Positions 39,741 to 54,612 of a stretch of DNA of 64,000 nt are shown here, one piece after another. The stretch is taken from positions 9,796,001-9,860,000 of the forward strand of contig OZ024764.1 of the NCBI GenBank assembly GCA_964016885.1. Reading direction: 5' to 3'. Source of the DNA: Eledone cirrhosa (Eukaryota). A program made the position numbers and the translations under genes. Position 1 is the first letter of the stretch; every line of letters begins with the position of its first letter. The notes below the pieces were generated by a model. It had not been told where the DNA came from and made no database searches. It worked only from the letters and a program-made list of their open reading frames with translations.

Positions 39741-41270
39741 CTTCACGGGCATCACCTGACAACTCAACAAGGTGAGGTGATGGCCAGGCTGAGATGCTGA
39801 AATAACCAGGCACTTTCACGGACATCACCTGACAACTCAGTAAGGGTGGTTTTTCTGCTAGTAAACTTTAATAAACTCCACTAATAATTCAAAAGTATCA
39901 TCATCATCATCATCATTTTACGTCCGCTTTTCCCTGCTTACAAGGGTGGGACAGGTCCTATTCAGCACAGCATCTCTCCACTTGTCACAATCCTACGTCA
40001 TTTCATAAAATAATGGTTTCTTATATAGGCACAAGGCCAGCAATTTTGGGGGAGGGGAAAGTCAATTAAATCTCAATTAAATCAACGCAGTAGAGGAAGT
40101 CCACGAGACACATGGGTGGAGGTGGTGAGAGATGACAAAGGACCGTGACAAGTGGAGAGATGTTGTGCTGAATAGGACCCATTCCACCCTTGCAAGCAGG
40201 GAAAAGCGGACGAAAATGATGATGATGACACATACACTCAGATATCTTTATATACAAATCTAAACTATAATAAAGTAAGGAGTGGGGGACTGCGTACGGT
40301 TTATAATTTTTTATCCCATTAGTAAAATAAGTTGGATTACTTTGAATAAATAATGAATGAATATTACATAATTTATCTACTAAATTTCGTAGCTGTTGAT
40401 TAAATATATTTTGTTTATTTAAAGATTCACTTCTTTAAAATTTCTGAAATGTCAACACTTCCGGTTAGCGATCGCTTAAATAAACATTCATATATTTCTG
40501 TCACTAATTTTCTCCTAATGCAGTTTATATATAATATCGTCTTTTTTTTAATGTATCATGGATTACTTTACTGATTACAGAAGACAGTGTAACACAGTCT
40601 TCGTTCAATTTCTGTTTAGATTGTCAATTACGATTTTATTTGATGTATCATATCTACATGTATATATACTTGTGTATAATATCAATATACACACTACACA
40701 TGTATCATATCTACATGTATATATATTTGTGTATAATACCAATAACACTACACATGATAGCAGAAAACCACCTGAAGGCTAGTTTTTCTGCTAGTATATA
40801 TAATGTATGAATGTATATTGAAAAATAACTCTTACAGGACTAGTTCTGTTTCTCTTCTATCTCACATTTCGTATTTCATGTATAGGTCCTTGGGGCCGAC
40901 TAAGAAACGATCATTATTAATTACGGGGGTCGATAAAATCCCGCCGAGGTTAACTTTGCCTTTCATCCTTACGGGGTCGATAAAATAAAGTACCAGTAAT
41001 ACACTGGGTAATTGCTGGCCTTGTGCCAATAGTAGAAACAATTATTAATTGGGCGGTGGATTGGCAGTACCAGTAGAGGGTCGGACGCCATGGTTTGCAG
41101 CAAAGAGTTACGCCCTTTATGGTTTGAGTTCAAATCCTGTCGAGGTTAACTTTGCCTTTCATCCTTACGGGGGTCGATAAAATAAAGTACCAGTAATGTA
41201 CTGGGATAATTGCCGGCCTTGTGCCAAAAAGGGGAAACAATTATTTATTTTTATTTATTTATTTTTTTAG

Positions 41271-41367
41271 ATTTGGATGAAGAACATTTTCATGTTTCAA
41301 AGATCTCGGAATTCCTGGTCCTGAGCCTATTTCCCATTTAGGGAACTTGGTGGAAATATACAAGAGG
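41271..41367 (+). pseudogene. Clan-3 (CYP3A-like) cytochrome P450 exon with an in-frame TGA (FG*RTFSCFKDLGIPGPEPISHLGNLVEIYKR)
   Basis: tag|...|gtaaat, 97 nt; FKxLGIPGPxPxxxLGN proline hinge; TGA at 41278-41280. Confidence 0.8.
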
Positions 41368-41674
41368 GTAAATTTATCTTAAATTGTTATACTTTGGTAG
41401 GGTCATGTTACCAGTACAAAACACATGCACCAGGTAATTTTCACTTCGATTTTAATATTAGTTTGAAACCGTGAGCGAGTTTGAGATTAAAAATAGAAGC
41501 TTTCGCCATATATTTTTACTCATCTTTTTCCATTTCTTAGAGGGTTCTAAACCTCACTATCAGGCTAGAATTTCTTTAGTAAAACAGATATGGCAAAAGC
41601 TTCTATTTTTAATCTCAAACTCACTCACGGTTTCAAACATATTTAACAGATTCTTTATATTTTTAATGTTTCAG

Positions 41675-41727
41675 GGTTTTTGTAATGTGTTCAAACTTTG
41701 GAGAGAAGAGTATGGCGATGTTTATGG
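41675..41727 (+). CDS. Next cytochrome P450 exon (GFCNVFKLWREEYGDVYG)
   Basis: cag|...|gtaaga, 53 nt; size, phase and YGxVxG motif as recalled for CYP3A exon 3. Confidence 0.85.
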
Positions 41728-41989
41728 GTAAGAATGATTGATTTATTCACATCTTAGGCAATTGTGATGGGTGTAATAGACTAACTATAGAGCTGGGTGG
41801 AGAGATGAGTTGTGAGGTTCAGAGCATTGCCCTTCTTCAGCTCAGAGGAGACAGAATTTAATATAATAGGTGTGTAGGCATAAAAGTCAAACTTGCTATC
41901 TTAAATTCGGTTTTCGTGCCAACCCTTACATAAGGTCATGAATCTTGGGTAATGACCGAAAAAATTACATTCCTGAATACAAGCAGCCG

Positions 41990-43935
41990 AAATGGGATTC
42001 TTCTAAAGGGTTTTTGGAATAACATTACTCAATAAAGTGCATAACTTAGAGATCAGAGAATCACTCCAGGTAGAGCCGTGACTTCTCCAAATTTAGAGGT
42101 CACAGCTCTGATGCTGCAGACATGTGGTTAGAATGTCTCAGGAAAGAATCTCTGAATTGAGAGACCACAGCTCTGATACTACAGACATGTGGTTAGAATG
42201 TCTGAGGAAAGAATCTCTGAATTGAGAGATCACAGCTCTGATGCTGCAGACATGTGGTTAGAATGTCTCAGGAAAGAATAACTGAATTGAGAGACCACAG
42301 CTCTGATACTACAGACATGTGGTTGGAATGTCTCAAGAAAGAATCTCTGAATTGAGAGACCACAGCTCTGATACTACAGACATGTGGTTAGAATGTCTGA
42401 GGAAGAATCTCTGAATTGAGAGACCACAGCTCTGATACTACAGACATGTGGTTAGAATGTCTCAGGAAAGAATCACTGAATTGAGAGACCACAGCTCTGA
42501 TACTACAGACATGTGGTTAGAATGTCTGAGGAAGAATCTCTGAATTGAGAGACCACAGCTCTGATACTACAGACATGTGGTTAGAATGTCTCAGGAAAGA
42601 ATCTCTGAATTGAGAGATCACGGCTCTGATACTACAGACATGTGGTTAGAATGTCTCAGGAAAGAATCTCTGAATTGAGAGATCACAGCTCTGATACTAC
42701 AGACATGTGGTTAGAATGTCTGAGGAAGAATCTCTGAATTGAGAGACCACAGCTCTGATACTACAGACATGTGGTTAGAATGTCTCAGGAAAGAATCTCT
42801 GAATTGAGAGATCACAGCTCTGATACTACAGACATGTGGTTAGAATGTCTCAGGAAAGAATCTCTGAATTGAGAGATCACAGCTCTGATACTACAGACAT
42901 GTGGTTAGAATGTCTCAGGAAAGAATCTCTGAATTGAGAGATCACAGCTCTGATACTACAGACATGTGGTTAGAATGTCTCAGGAAAGAATCTCTGAATT
43001 GAGAGATCACTGCTCTGACACTACAGACATGTGGTTAGAATGTCTCAGGAAAGAATCTCTGAATTGAGAGATCACAGCTCTGATACTACAGACATGTGGT
43101 TAGAATGTCTCAGGAAAGAATCTCTGAATTGAGAGATCACAGCTCTGATACTACAGACATGTGGTGAGAATGTCTCAGGAAAGAATCTCTGAATTGAGAG
43201 ATCACAGCTCTGATACTACAGACATGTGGTTAGAATGTCTCAGGAAAGAATCTCTGAATTGAGAGATCACTGCTCTGACACTACAGACATGTGGTTAGAA
43301 TGTCTCATGAAAGAATCTCTGAATTGAGAGATCACAGCTCTGATACTACAGACATGTGGTTAGAATGTCTCAGGAAAGAATCTCTGAATTGAGAGATCAC
43401 AGCTCTGATACTACAGACATGTGGTTAGAATGTCACAGGAAAGAATCTCTGGATTGAGAGATCACAGCTCTGATACTACAGACATATGGTTAGAATGTCA
43501 CAGGAAAGAATCTCTGGATTGAGAGATCACAGCTCTGATACTACAGACATGTGGTTAGAATGTCACAGGAAAGAATCTCTGGATTGAGAGATCACAGCTC
43601 TGATACTACAGACATGTGGTTAGAATGTCACAGGAAAGAATCTCTGGATTGAGAGATCACAGCTCTGATACTACAGACATGTGGTTAGAATGTCACAGGA
43701 AAGAATCTCTGGATTGAGAGATCACAGCTCTGATACTACAGACATGTGGTTAGAATGTCTCAGGAAAGAATCTCTGGATTGAGAGATCACAGCTCTGATA
43801 CTACAGACATGTGGTTAGAATGTCCCAGGAAAGAATTGCTGGACAGATTTTACGGGCAAAACCAACCAGCAGGAGACCCAGGGGTAGACCCTGAGTAAGA
43901 TGGTTGGACAATATTCATGAGCTTCGTTGGTCTCA
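41990..43935 (+). mobile_element. Degraded RTE-like LINE fragment with a 65-bp tandem array (~26 copies, ~42100-43835)
   Basis: AAEMGFF..TLLNKVHNLEIRE upstream; the unit corresponds to ERSQL..HVVRMSQER; RRPRGRP downstream. Confidence 0.8.
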
Positions 43936-45379
43936 CTTGGGGATCCAACCGGATTGGTTGGAAACAGTCACACAAACACAAAGTTCAGTGGTTCATTTGG
44001 ATGGAAACTCCACTATTCAAGTGTGGTGCCAGTATTGACTGCACAGGCAGGAGTGAGGATACTCACAAGCCCCTGGCTGTCAGAATGCGTTATGGACTGG
44101 ATCCCATCTTGAAGTTTAGGCTGAAAGATAGGTCGCTGTGGGTGGTGGAAGTTTTTGCACCAAAATAAATCTCTTATAGATACTTCAACACAGTTAGTAT
44201 ATTATATGTAAACAATAAGGCGGTGGATTGGCAATATTGGTAGAGTGTCGGATGCCATGCTTTGGCGCATAGAGTTACGGCCCTTGCCATTCTGAGTTCA
44301 AATCCCGCCGAGGTTAACTTTGCCTTTCATACTTACGGGGTCGATAAAATAAAGTACCAGTAATACACTGGGTAATTGCTGGCCTTGTGCCTAACGTAGA
44401 AACAATTATATGTAAACAATTTTTATTAATGGACGACACTTCATTTATGAGGCTAAAAACCCATCTTTTTTGGTGAAAATAACTGAACACAATGTATATC
44501 TATATATATAAAGTTGTAGTTTCTGTCTGTTTGTTTGTTTGTTCCCGAACTTCTCCTATGGTTTTGGAGACAGACCCCCATAACCATATATATATATATA
44601 TGGTTGGAGGCACATGGCTTAGTGGTTAGAGCATTGGCCTTGCAATCGAAAGGTTGTGAGTTCAATTCTCAGACCGGGTGATGTGTTGTTTCCTTGAGCA
44701 AGACACTTTATTTCACATTGCTCCAGTTTACTCAGCTGTAGAAATGAGATGATAGGGACTGGGGTCCCTATCATTCCACTGCAAAGTGGTCGTGGAGGTG
44801 CCACGGCAAAAAAGCACCCAGCACTCACTGTAAATGAGGTTGGTGTTAGGAAGGGCATCCAGCTGTAGAAATCAAGCCAAAAAATCAGTTCCCGTCCCAC
44901 CCTTGCAAGCAGGGAAAAAGCGGACGTAAAATGAAATGATGATGATGATGATTCTGAAACTTGGATAAGTATAATTCATTTTAATCAATTCTCCGCTGAA
45001 ATTTTTTTCCTTCGATTTATATGAAATTTAAACCCTAGGTAAATGACAAGATATGATGCCTATTCACAAAATTTCAGTAATATTAAGACACCCTAATGGG
45101 GGTTAAACCTCCTATAGTGAAAATTTTGGAAGCCCATAACTTGAGTATTGGAACCTCTATTATCACGGGGTTTTTCTATAAATTAAACATAAATCAACAA
45201 AATAAGCACCTCTTTTATAGTAAAATTTTAGACATTCTATCTATGTCAAAACATCACTAGAATTATGACAACAAAAATTATTAGTTAATGCCTCTACTTT
45301 TTTAACATTTTCCCTTTATTTTTTCTCCATAAATTATATCACTGATTTAAAATCAATCATCATTTTCTTACAAAAAAAT

Positions 45380-47402
45380 GCGTCCACTTTTCCCTGCTTG
45401 CAAGGGTGGGACGGGTCTTATTCAGCACAGCATCTCTCCATTTGTCACAGTCCTTCGTCATCTCCACCGTGAGCTTCAGTGATCTGAGGTCAGCTCTCAC
45501 CACCTCTGCTCATGTTTTTCGTGGTCTACCTCTACTACGTCTTCCTTCTAGTGGCATTTCTTGGCACTTCTTTACCCATCGGTCATCCTCCATGCGCATC
45601 ACATGTCCATACCACCTCAGTCTCCTCTCCCACACACTACAATCTATCTCTCTCAGACACAGTTTCTCTCTCAACACATCCATGCTCAGTCGTTCACGCA
45701 CATTGACATTGCACATCCAACGGAGCATGCTTGCCTCATTTCTCTCCAGCCGTCATATATCCTCTGCAGTTGCTGTCTATGTCTCACTACCATGCAGCAT
45801 CGCACTCCTCACACAGGCATCATATAACCGGCCTTTCGTACATAAGGAGAAACCCTTCTTCATCAGCAGAGGAAGCCATTCCCTAAACTTCTTCCAACCC
45901 GTCCTTATTCTAGATACTATGGTCTCAGAACCCTCCCCCCTCTCCCATGCTAATCAGATCACCTAGGTACTGGAAGCTATCAACCACTTCTATAGCACCC
46001 ACCTGCATTTGAAAAATGTGTCTATCAATGCGACTTCTACTGTCAAATTTCCCTGTACATCTACTACATACGTATTTCTCCCTACCTGTTAGTTTGCCTG
46101 CTATCCCACTACATCTCTTGTGTACCCAGGATCTGCATTGTGTACATTTTATAGAATTTATGCCAGTTCCTTTTCTGCATATCGAACATGGCCATTTCCC
46201 TGACGGTTTTGACCTCTTTTCTACTCATCAACACTTTTGTCTTAGCTAGGTTAACTCTCAGTCCTCTTGCTTCCAACTGCTGTTTCCATAGCCAGAATTT
46301 ATTCTCTAGGTCCTCTACTGATTCTGCTATAAGAACCAGATCGTCAGCATAGAGAAGTTCCCATGGATAGCCAGTCGTAAACTCCTCTGTTATGGCTTGG
46401 AGGACTATAATGAACAAGAGCGGGCTGAGGACCGAACCCTGATGTACTCCTACTTGTATCTAGAATTCCTCACTAAACTCCATTCCTACTCTCACTTTAC
46501 TGACAGCACTTCTGTACAAAGTTTGCACTGTCCTCACAAGCCATTCCTCAGCACCTAGTTTCCTTAGGGACCACCAGATGACAGATCGGTGTACCCTATC
46601 AAAGGCCTTCTCTAGGTCAACAAAAGCTAAGTATAATGGCTTATTCTTCTCTAAGAACCTCTCTTGCAATTGTCTCACCAAGAAGAGGGCATCGGTTGTA
46701 CTTTTCCCAGGCACAAAACCAAACTGCATCTCATCTAGTTTGACCCTTTCTCTAATTAGTTGTGCTAATATCCTTTCTGCCACTTTCATAACCTGATCCA
46801 TCAGTTTTATACCCCTATAATTGCTCCTCTTCAGAGCATCCCCTTTACCTTTGTAGCAATTTATGAGAATACTGCTGCACCAGTCTTGGGGTATGACACC
46901 ACCATATATAGCCTGATTGATGATGCGTGCAACCAGTTTAGTGCCTTTGTCCCCTGATGCCTTCAGCATCTCAGCAACTATTCCCGACGGTCCAGCGGCC
47001 TTACCATTTTTCATTTCCTTAATTGCCTCTTGGACCCTATATTCGTCAATCTCAATAGCTGATCCCTCTGTCAGATCTACTGAGGGTAATTTCTCTCTCT
47101 CCCATTCGTTCTCCACATTCATCAGTCTCTCATAATGACATTTCCAGGCCTCCTTTTTCTGATCATTCGTGACACTAAGTACACCGGCATCATTCCGGAC
47201 ACATTTATCTCCAACAACATCCTGATTTGCATTGACACACTGCCTTGCAATGTGGAACATTGCACGTCTCTGATCTTCCCGTCGCAGAACATTGGCAAAC
47301 CTCCTACTCTCAGCCTCCCTGCGTGCTAAGTACACCTGACATCTAGCTTCCCTCTTAGCTGTTGTATATCTTTCTCTACTCCCACCCTTTTTCAAGCATT
47401 CC
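45380..47402 (-). mobile_element. 5'-truncated RTE LINE with reverse transcriptase (disrupted)
   Basis: KAAGPSG, NYRGIKL, QFGF, FVDLEKAFD, QGSVLSP, LYADD motifs; stop at 46460 and downstream frameshifts. Confidence 0.95.
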
Positions 47403-47516
47403 ATTGAATGGAACCAACCAACCAACCGGAAATTTATAAATTTAATTTATAATAAATTGAAGTGAAATCAACTGGTGTGTGTGTTTCTTATTGGCAACAT
47501 GACCCTCCCAAAGCAT

Positions 47517-47551
<35 letters not shown>

Positions 47552-47661
47552 GATTTGTACTGCTATTGCATACAAGCCAACAGTCAGTAGGCACCTCTTA
47601 ACTCAATGTACACCCCACCCCATTCTCCCTCTCACGTTCCGTCCACTGTGTCGATGACACA

Positions 47662-48710
47662 ACAGTCCACACTGTAAAGTGGTAGTGTAGGAGACACAGT
47701 AAAAAGGCTCCCAGTCCACACTGTAAAGTGGTCGTGTAGGAGACATGGTAAAAAGGCTCCCAGTCCACACTGTAAGGTGGTCATGTAGGAGACATGGTAA
47801 AAAGGCTCCCAGTCCACACTGTAAGCTGGCCATGTAGGAGACACGGGAAAAAGGCTCCCAGTCCACACTGTAAGGTGGTCATGTAGGAGACACTGTGAAA
47901 AGGCTCCCAGTCCACACTGTAAAGTGGTCGTGTAGGAGACATAGTAAAAAGACTCCCAGTCCACACTGTAAAGTGGTCGTGTAGGAGACACGGTAAAAAG
48001 GCTCCCAGTCCACACTGTAAAGTGGTCGTGTAGGAGACACGGTAAAAAGGCTCCCAGTCCACACTGTAAGGTGGTCATGTAGGAGACATGGTAAAAAGGC
48101 TCCCAGTCCACACTGTAAAGTGGTCATGTAGGAGACATGGTAAAAAAGGCTCCCAGTCCACACTGTAAAGTGGCTGTGTAGGAGACACAGTAAAAAGGCT
48201 CCCAGTCCACACTGTAAAGTGGTCATGTAGGAGACATGGTAAAAAGGCTCCCAGTTCACACTGTAAAGTGGTCATGTAGGAGACACGGTAAAAAGGCACC
48301 CAGTCCACACTGTAAGGTGGCCATGTAGGAGACACAGTGAAAAGGCTCTCAGTCCACACTGTAAGGTGGTCATGTAGGAGACATGGTAAAAAGGCTCCCA
48401 GTCCACACTGTAAGCTGGCCATGTAGGAGACACGGGAAAAAGGCTCCCAGTCCACACTGTAAGGTGGCCATGTAGGAGACACAGTGAAAAGGCTCTCAGT
48501 CCACACTGTAAGGTGGTCATGTAGGAGACATGGTAAAAAGGCTCCCAGTCCACACTAAGGTGGTCATGTAGGAGACACGGGAAAAAGGCTCCCAGTCCAC
48601 ACTGTAAAGTGGCCATGTAGGAGACACAGTGAAAAGGCTCTCAGTCCACACTGTAAGGTGGCTGTGTAGGAGACACAGTAAAAAGGCTCCCAGTCCACAC
48701 TGTAAATGTG
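47662..48710. repeat. 49-bp tandem array (~21 copies) within an RTE 3'UTR fragment (~47560-48875, +)
   Basis: Unit cagtccacactgtaaagtggtcatgtaggagacatggtaaaaaggctcc; flanks match the 13678/18722 3'UTR. Confidence 0.92.
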
Positions 48711-50356
48711 GTTGGTGTTTGGAAGGGCATCCAGCCATAGAAAACCTTCTAGAGACACTTCCGTGCAAGCGAAACGCGGTCTCCCAACCATTCCCGCATC
48801 AAATAGAACAAAACCGTCTAACCCATGTTAGCGTGGAAGATGAACGTTAAACGATGATGATGATAATGATGATGATATAAGTTTATCCTGAGTTCAATTG
48901 GGGGTAACCACAGTAAGGTACTCAATACATCATATGTGGATTCAATTCCTGGACTGTGTTGTGTGTTGTGTTCTTGAGCAAAACACTTCATTTCACATTG
49001 CTCCAATATAGTCAGCTGAAAATGATTACAAACAATAGGTGGGGGTTTAACCCTGCAATGGACTGACATCATGTCCAGGGGAAGTCTTGTACTCTCAGTC
49101 ACTTCACACTACCAGGACAAGCACCTGCTTGATGAGTCTCCAGGCTCGAGCTGACTTTACACTTTAGAAATACTTAGATATTCTTCTTGGTGATATATTT
49201 ATTAGCTTTGACTTTAATTTATCTGTTTACATCCCTGGTAATAATTCACAGGTTTTTGTTTAATTAAAGTAATTAAGCAAAACAAATAAAAAAAAAAATA
49301 CCTGGAGTTACTTAACCATGGCGTCCTAACCTGAGTGATTTGAACTGTTGGATGGGGATGGGGCATCCAACAGTTATCTCATAATATCTCTCATAATATA
49401 GAATCTATGAAATTTTATATTATTTATTTTGAGAACAGTTACAACTGGTTTGAACAGGAAGAGGTGATAGAATTCTGGCTGGATATGGCTGGTTTAAATG
49501 CTAAAGGATTTAGAAGGTATTTCAATATATGCTACTTCAAAACAAATATTCAAAGGAGATATACAAACAGCCTGTATAAAAAAAATAACAAGAGACTAAA
49601 TGGGAATAAAGAAGCAGTAATAAACTTTTACCAAAAATGTTTGGTTTGCTTTTGAATATTTACCATACAGGTGGGCGATATAAGATTTTGAGTATTAAGA
49701 AGGAATTTCAACATGTTACCTGAAAAATATATATTCAAAGGAGATATGCAAATAACTTGTATATAAAAACAGGTGGGCAGTGGAAAAGTTTTCCATGTGA
49801 AACTGGGGCCAATGACACAAAAATGATTGAGAACCCCTGTACTAAATACTTTTAACACTTCCTACAGAACTCCTTAGCTGGACACTCTATTTTGGGGTCT
49901 ACTTTCTCCACCACACCCGTAACAGCTTGGAGTTGAAATAGATGTAGTAAAAACAGGTTCTTGACTGTAAAGACTAACATGAGTTACGGTAAATATAATT
50001 GAAGACAAAATGTTATGGTTTATTCAATCTTAAGAGAATAAAAAGGAATTAAAAGTCTAGTGAAAAAAAACATCGGCTATGTTTAGAGGAGGGGTGGCTT
50101 AGCAGGGGGAGGGGCTTGTCCAATATGGCCTCAGTTGACCAACTGAGACCAATAATGAAAAAGTACTTTATTATATCTATATAACGCCAAATTTAATGAG
50201 TTCTAATCTGACTGACTAGTTGGTCATTGCCCCACCCAACAGTTTCAATCGACCACCTATGGGAGATATCGACCAGGTTGGGAAACCCTGGTTTAGTAGC
50301 CACAGTTATTACTACGTTTGACATATTCAGGACTTATTAAATAATTATTTTTTCCA

Positions 50357-50975
50357 GCCTATGGCGTTCGAGACGTTTGGTGGAGTTGGGCTGCTGACAG
50401 CGAAGTTCTTATCACTGGCGGCTCACCTTACTGAGGTGTCAGGAGATGCCCGTGAGGGTGCCTGGTTATTTCAGCGCCTTAGCTTCACCATCACCTCACC
50501 TTACTGAGGTGTCAGGAGATGCCCGTGAGGGTGCCTGGTTATTTCAGTGCCTTAGCCTCACCATCACCTCACCTTACTGAGGTGTCAGGAGATGCCCGTG
50601 AGGGTGCCTGGTTATTTCAGTGCCTTAGCCTCACCATCACCTCACCTTACTGAGGTGTCAGGAGATGCCCGTAAGGGTGCCTGGTTATTTCAATGCCTTA
50701 GCCTCACCATCACCTCACCTTACTGAGGTGTCAGGAGATGCCCGTGGGGGTGCCTGGTTATTTCAGCACTTTAGCCTCACCATCACCTCACCTTACTAAG
50801 GTGTCAGGAGATGCTCGTGAGGCTGTCTGGTTATTTCAGCGCCTTAGCCTCACCATCACCTCACCTTACTGAGGTGTCAGGAGATGCTCGTGAGGCTGTC
50901 TAGTTATTTCAGCGCCTTAGCCTCACCATTACCTGTGGTAATGCTCCAAGAGTGTTGGCTTGCCTCAAAGTGTGT
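50357..50975 (+). mobile_element. CRE-like 3' fragment with a 73-bp tandem (7 copies)
   Basis: MAFETFGGVG..TEVSGDAREGAWLFQRLS..ITCGNA; homologous to 35800-36010. Confidence 0.82.
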
Positions 50976-51849
50976 AGTTAACCCCTAAGGTGTGATGTGC
51001 GGTCGATTGTGGCACTTGGTGGGGAATTGCTCTCACCCCCCTCTTTTTTCTTTCCTTTATCATTATTGTTCAATAAATTATATTATTATATTTTTATACA
51101 CGGCTGGGACAATATAGTTGTAATGTTCTGAACGAACTGTGAGCAATTTATAATGTTATTTACACATTTGTAATGTTATTTATGTATATATTTATATATT
51201 TGAAACATATTGTAATGTTATTCAATTGAAATTAAAAATTAAAGGTGTACTAAAGCCAGAAACGTTTTTCTATTCTTTAAATAATTAGATACTTATTTAT
51301 ATATTTGTAAATACAAGTGCTGCAAAACACTCACACACACATATATATATATATATACATACATGCTATAATCCAAGAGAACGAGAGAAGAATGAAGGAC
51401 ATGGTAGAAATAGCAGCCAAAGACTCGCAAAGAACAGAACGAAGTACACACACACAAATATATATATTTCAGTATGTATGTATAATGGAATTATGTAATA
51501 AAATGAAGATGTATGAATAAAACCGTCTCTCTTATTTATTATACAAACACTTCGATTGATGCCTTACTGAGTGCTTTACGTCTCTTTACGAGAAAGTAGC
51601 GATATTATTTAATCAACCAACTTTGATCAACTGAATAATATATATATATATGTTTTTTTCACTTTATATATATATACGTGAAGTTGTATATCTGCCCTTA
51701 TATATACTTATATGTTCCCTTGACTGCTATTTCTAGCGCTAGAAATAAAACTGGAAGTGGACAAGATGAAAAAGGTTTTTAAACAATAGATTTATATATA
51801 TACATATACATATATATATATATATATACATACATATATATATTTATAT

Positions 51850-53367
51850 CAGTGATCCCCTTCTTTTTAGCTACATGCCCCGCTTCAACATCTGAAGTAT
51901 GTTTATGTTCCCCTTTAATATAAAAACATTCTCAGTCTTATTACTGTAATATAAAGTAGAAATCCTTTAATCAAACAAAGCTACGATTCAGCGATGATCG
52001 AAACAAACCACAAAATGTAAACAAACTTCTTGTAGGTGCTGCCAGATACACGATAACATGAGTAGACGAAGTGCAACTAGAAGTTTGGTCGTATATCACT
52101 TTCAAATTGACCCCTATTATATTCAAATTAACCCCTGTGGGATGTGCACCCTACGTTGAAAATCCTTGATATATAAATATAAGTGAATGTGTTGTTATGA
52201 CTGCTATTTCTAGCAGGTTTCTGGCTGTCCTGTAGACGCATAAGAAAAACCGGAAGTGGCAGCCATTAAAAAACTTTGGCTTAAAATCAGCCAAAAGATT
52301 TTCAATAATAGTAAAATTTTATTTTTGACAAGGACGATAACTTTTGTCTTACTTAATCGCAAAAATCGAGGCAAAAATTTTGCGGGTGTGCAGTTTATAT
52401 AAACCTTCTTATTTGGTCTTGTTCGTTGGTATTTGACTGCTATTTCTAGCATATATGGACACTTTAGAAATAGCAGCGAATAACAGAAAGAAGGACACAT
52501 ACACACACACACATATATATACGTATGCATGTGTGTGTGTGTGTGTTATGCGGCCACATATATAATAAAGGCGGTGACCCAGCTTGGCCAGTTTAAAGCG
52601 TAAAACAAATAAAATAATAAATAAATACGTGAGGCTGTATGTGTAGGAGTAAAAGAATATGTACTGGGGCCGATATTCACAATTAAATATATTCGATAAT
52701 GTGCCCCAGCATGGTCTTAGTCGATCGACTAACTAAGACCAATAATAAAATACTTTAAAATAAATTTAACACCCTAAAATTCGAGGTTACAACTATATAA
52801 ATTAGAAATCCTTTAATTAAACAAAGCTTCGATGCAGCGATGATCAAAGCAAACCCCAAAACGTAAATAAACTTCTCGTAGCGGCTGCCAAATACACGAT
52901 AACCTGTGTAGACGAAGAGTAACTGGGAGTTTGGTCGCGTTATATCTCTTTCTAATTGGCCCCTATTATATTCAAATTGCCCCCTGTGGGGCGTGCACCC
53001 CTCGTTGAGAATCCCTGATATATAAATATATATAAGTGTGTTGTTATGACTGCTATTTCTAGCAGGTTTCTGGCTGTCCTGTAGACGCACAATAAAAACC
53101 GGAAGTGGCAGCCATTAAAAAACTTTGGCTTAAAATCAGCCAAAAGATTTTCAATAATAGTAAAATTTTATTTTTGACAAGGACGATAACTTTTGTCTTA
53201 CTTAATCGCAAAAATCGAGGCAAAAATTTTGCGGGTGTGCAGTTTACACGCTAAAAATAAACCTGCTAGAAATAGCAGTCATAGCAACTCAGTTACATAT
53301 ATTTATATATCATATATATATATATGGACACTTTAGAAATAGCAGCCAATAAAGGAAAGAAGGACAC

Positions 53368-53440
<73 letters not shown>

Positions 53441-54536
53441 AACATATATACATATATATATATATGCCCCAGCATGGCCTTGGTCGATCGTCTAACTAAG
53501 GCCAATAATAAAATACTTCAAAATAAATTAAACACCCCTAAATCCGGGGTTACAACTTGGATTACTTAAAAGTCAGTAAAGCTGTAAAGATTCTATATTG
53601 TAAATACGGTGGTCGCGTGTTCGAATCCAGGCAAATCCTGAGAAAAATAACAAAAAGAAGGACAATGTAAAAATAGCAGCCATAGACGAGAGGAGGACAC
53701 ACACACAAACATACACACTCACACACACATATACACACACATGTGTATATATATATATATATATGTGTGTCTGTGTTTGGCTGCTATATATATATATATA
53801 GCGGCCAAACACACACACACATATATATAGACACACGCACACACACTCACGTACATATATAAGTGTGTGTGTTTGGCTGATATATATATATATATGATAT
53901 ATAAATATATGTAAGTGAGTTGCTATGAAATTCGAGGTTACAACTGTATTACTGTAATATAAATTAGAAATCCTTTAATTAAACAAAGCTACGATGCAGC
54001 GATGATCAAAACAAACTTCAAAATGTAAACAAACTTCTCGTAGCTGCTGCGAGATACACGATAACATGTGTAGACGAAGAGTAACTGGAAGTTTGGTCGC
54101 CTTATATCTCTTTCTAATTGGCCCCTATTATATTCAAATTGCCCCCTGGGGGGCGTGCGCCCCTCGTTGAGAATCCCTGATATATAAATATACATAAGTG
54201 TGTTGTTATGACTGCTATTTCTAGCAGGTTTCTGGCTGTCCTGTAGACGCACAATAAAAACCGGAAGTGGCAGCCATTAAAAAACTTTGGCTTAAAATCA
54301 GCCAAAAGATTTTCAATAATAGTAAAATTTTATTTTTGACAAGGACGATAACTTTTGTCTTACTTAATCGCAAAAATCGGGACAAAAATTTTGCGGGTGT
54401 GCACTGTACACGCTAAAATAAACCTGCTAGAAATAGCAGTCATTAGCAGCTCACATATATTTATATATCATATATATATATATCAGCCAAACACAAACAC
54501 TTACATACGTACGTGTGTGTGTGTGTGTTTGGCCGC

Positions 54537-54612
<76 letters not shown>

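Noticed and set aside
40450-40900. Possible P450 promoter (acttccgg ETS-like motif) and first exon (hydrophobic GLVLFLFYLTF)
   Set aside because: No start codon with an open frame and a convincing phase-2 donor; cannot be supported
41278-41280. Selenocysteine reading of the P450 TGA
   Set aside because: Not a conserved Cys position and no SECIS can be assessed
41805-41845. Possible hammerhead on - (CTGAAGA agggc aat gctct GAAC)
   Set aside because: GAAA is mutated and no convincing stem III or UH triplet is present; a similar weak case lies near 12010
42100-43835. CRISPR-like regular repeats (also the other arrays)
   Set aside because: Contiguous units with no unique spacers, no cas genes, eukaryotic context
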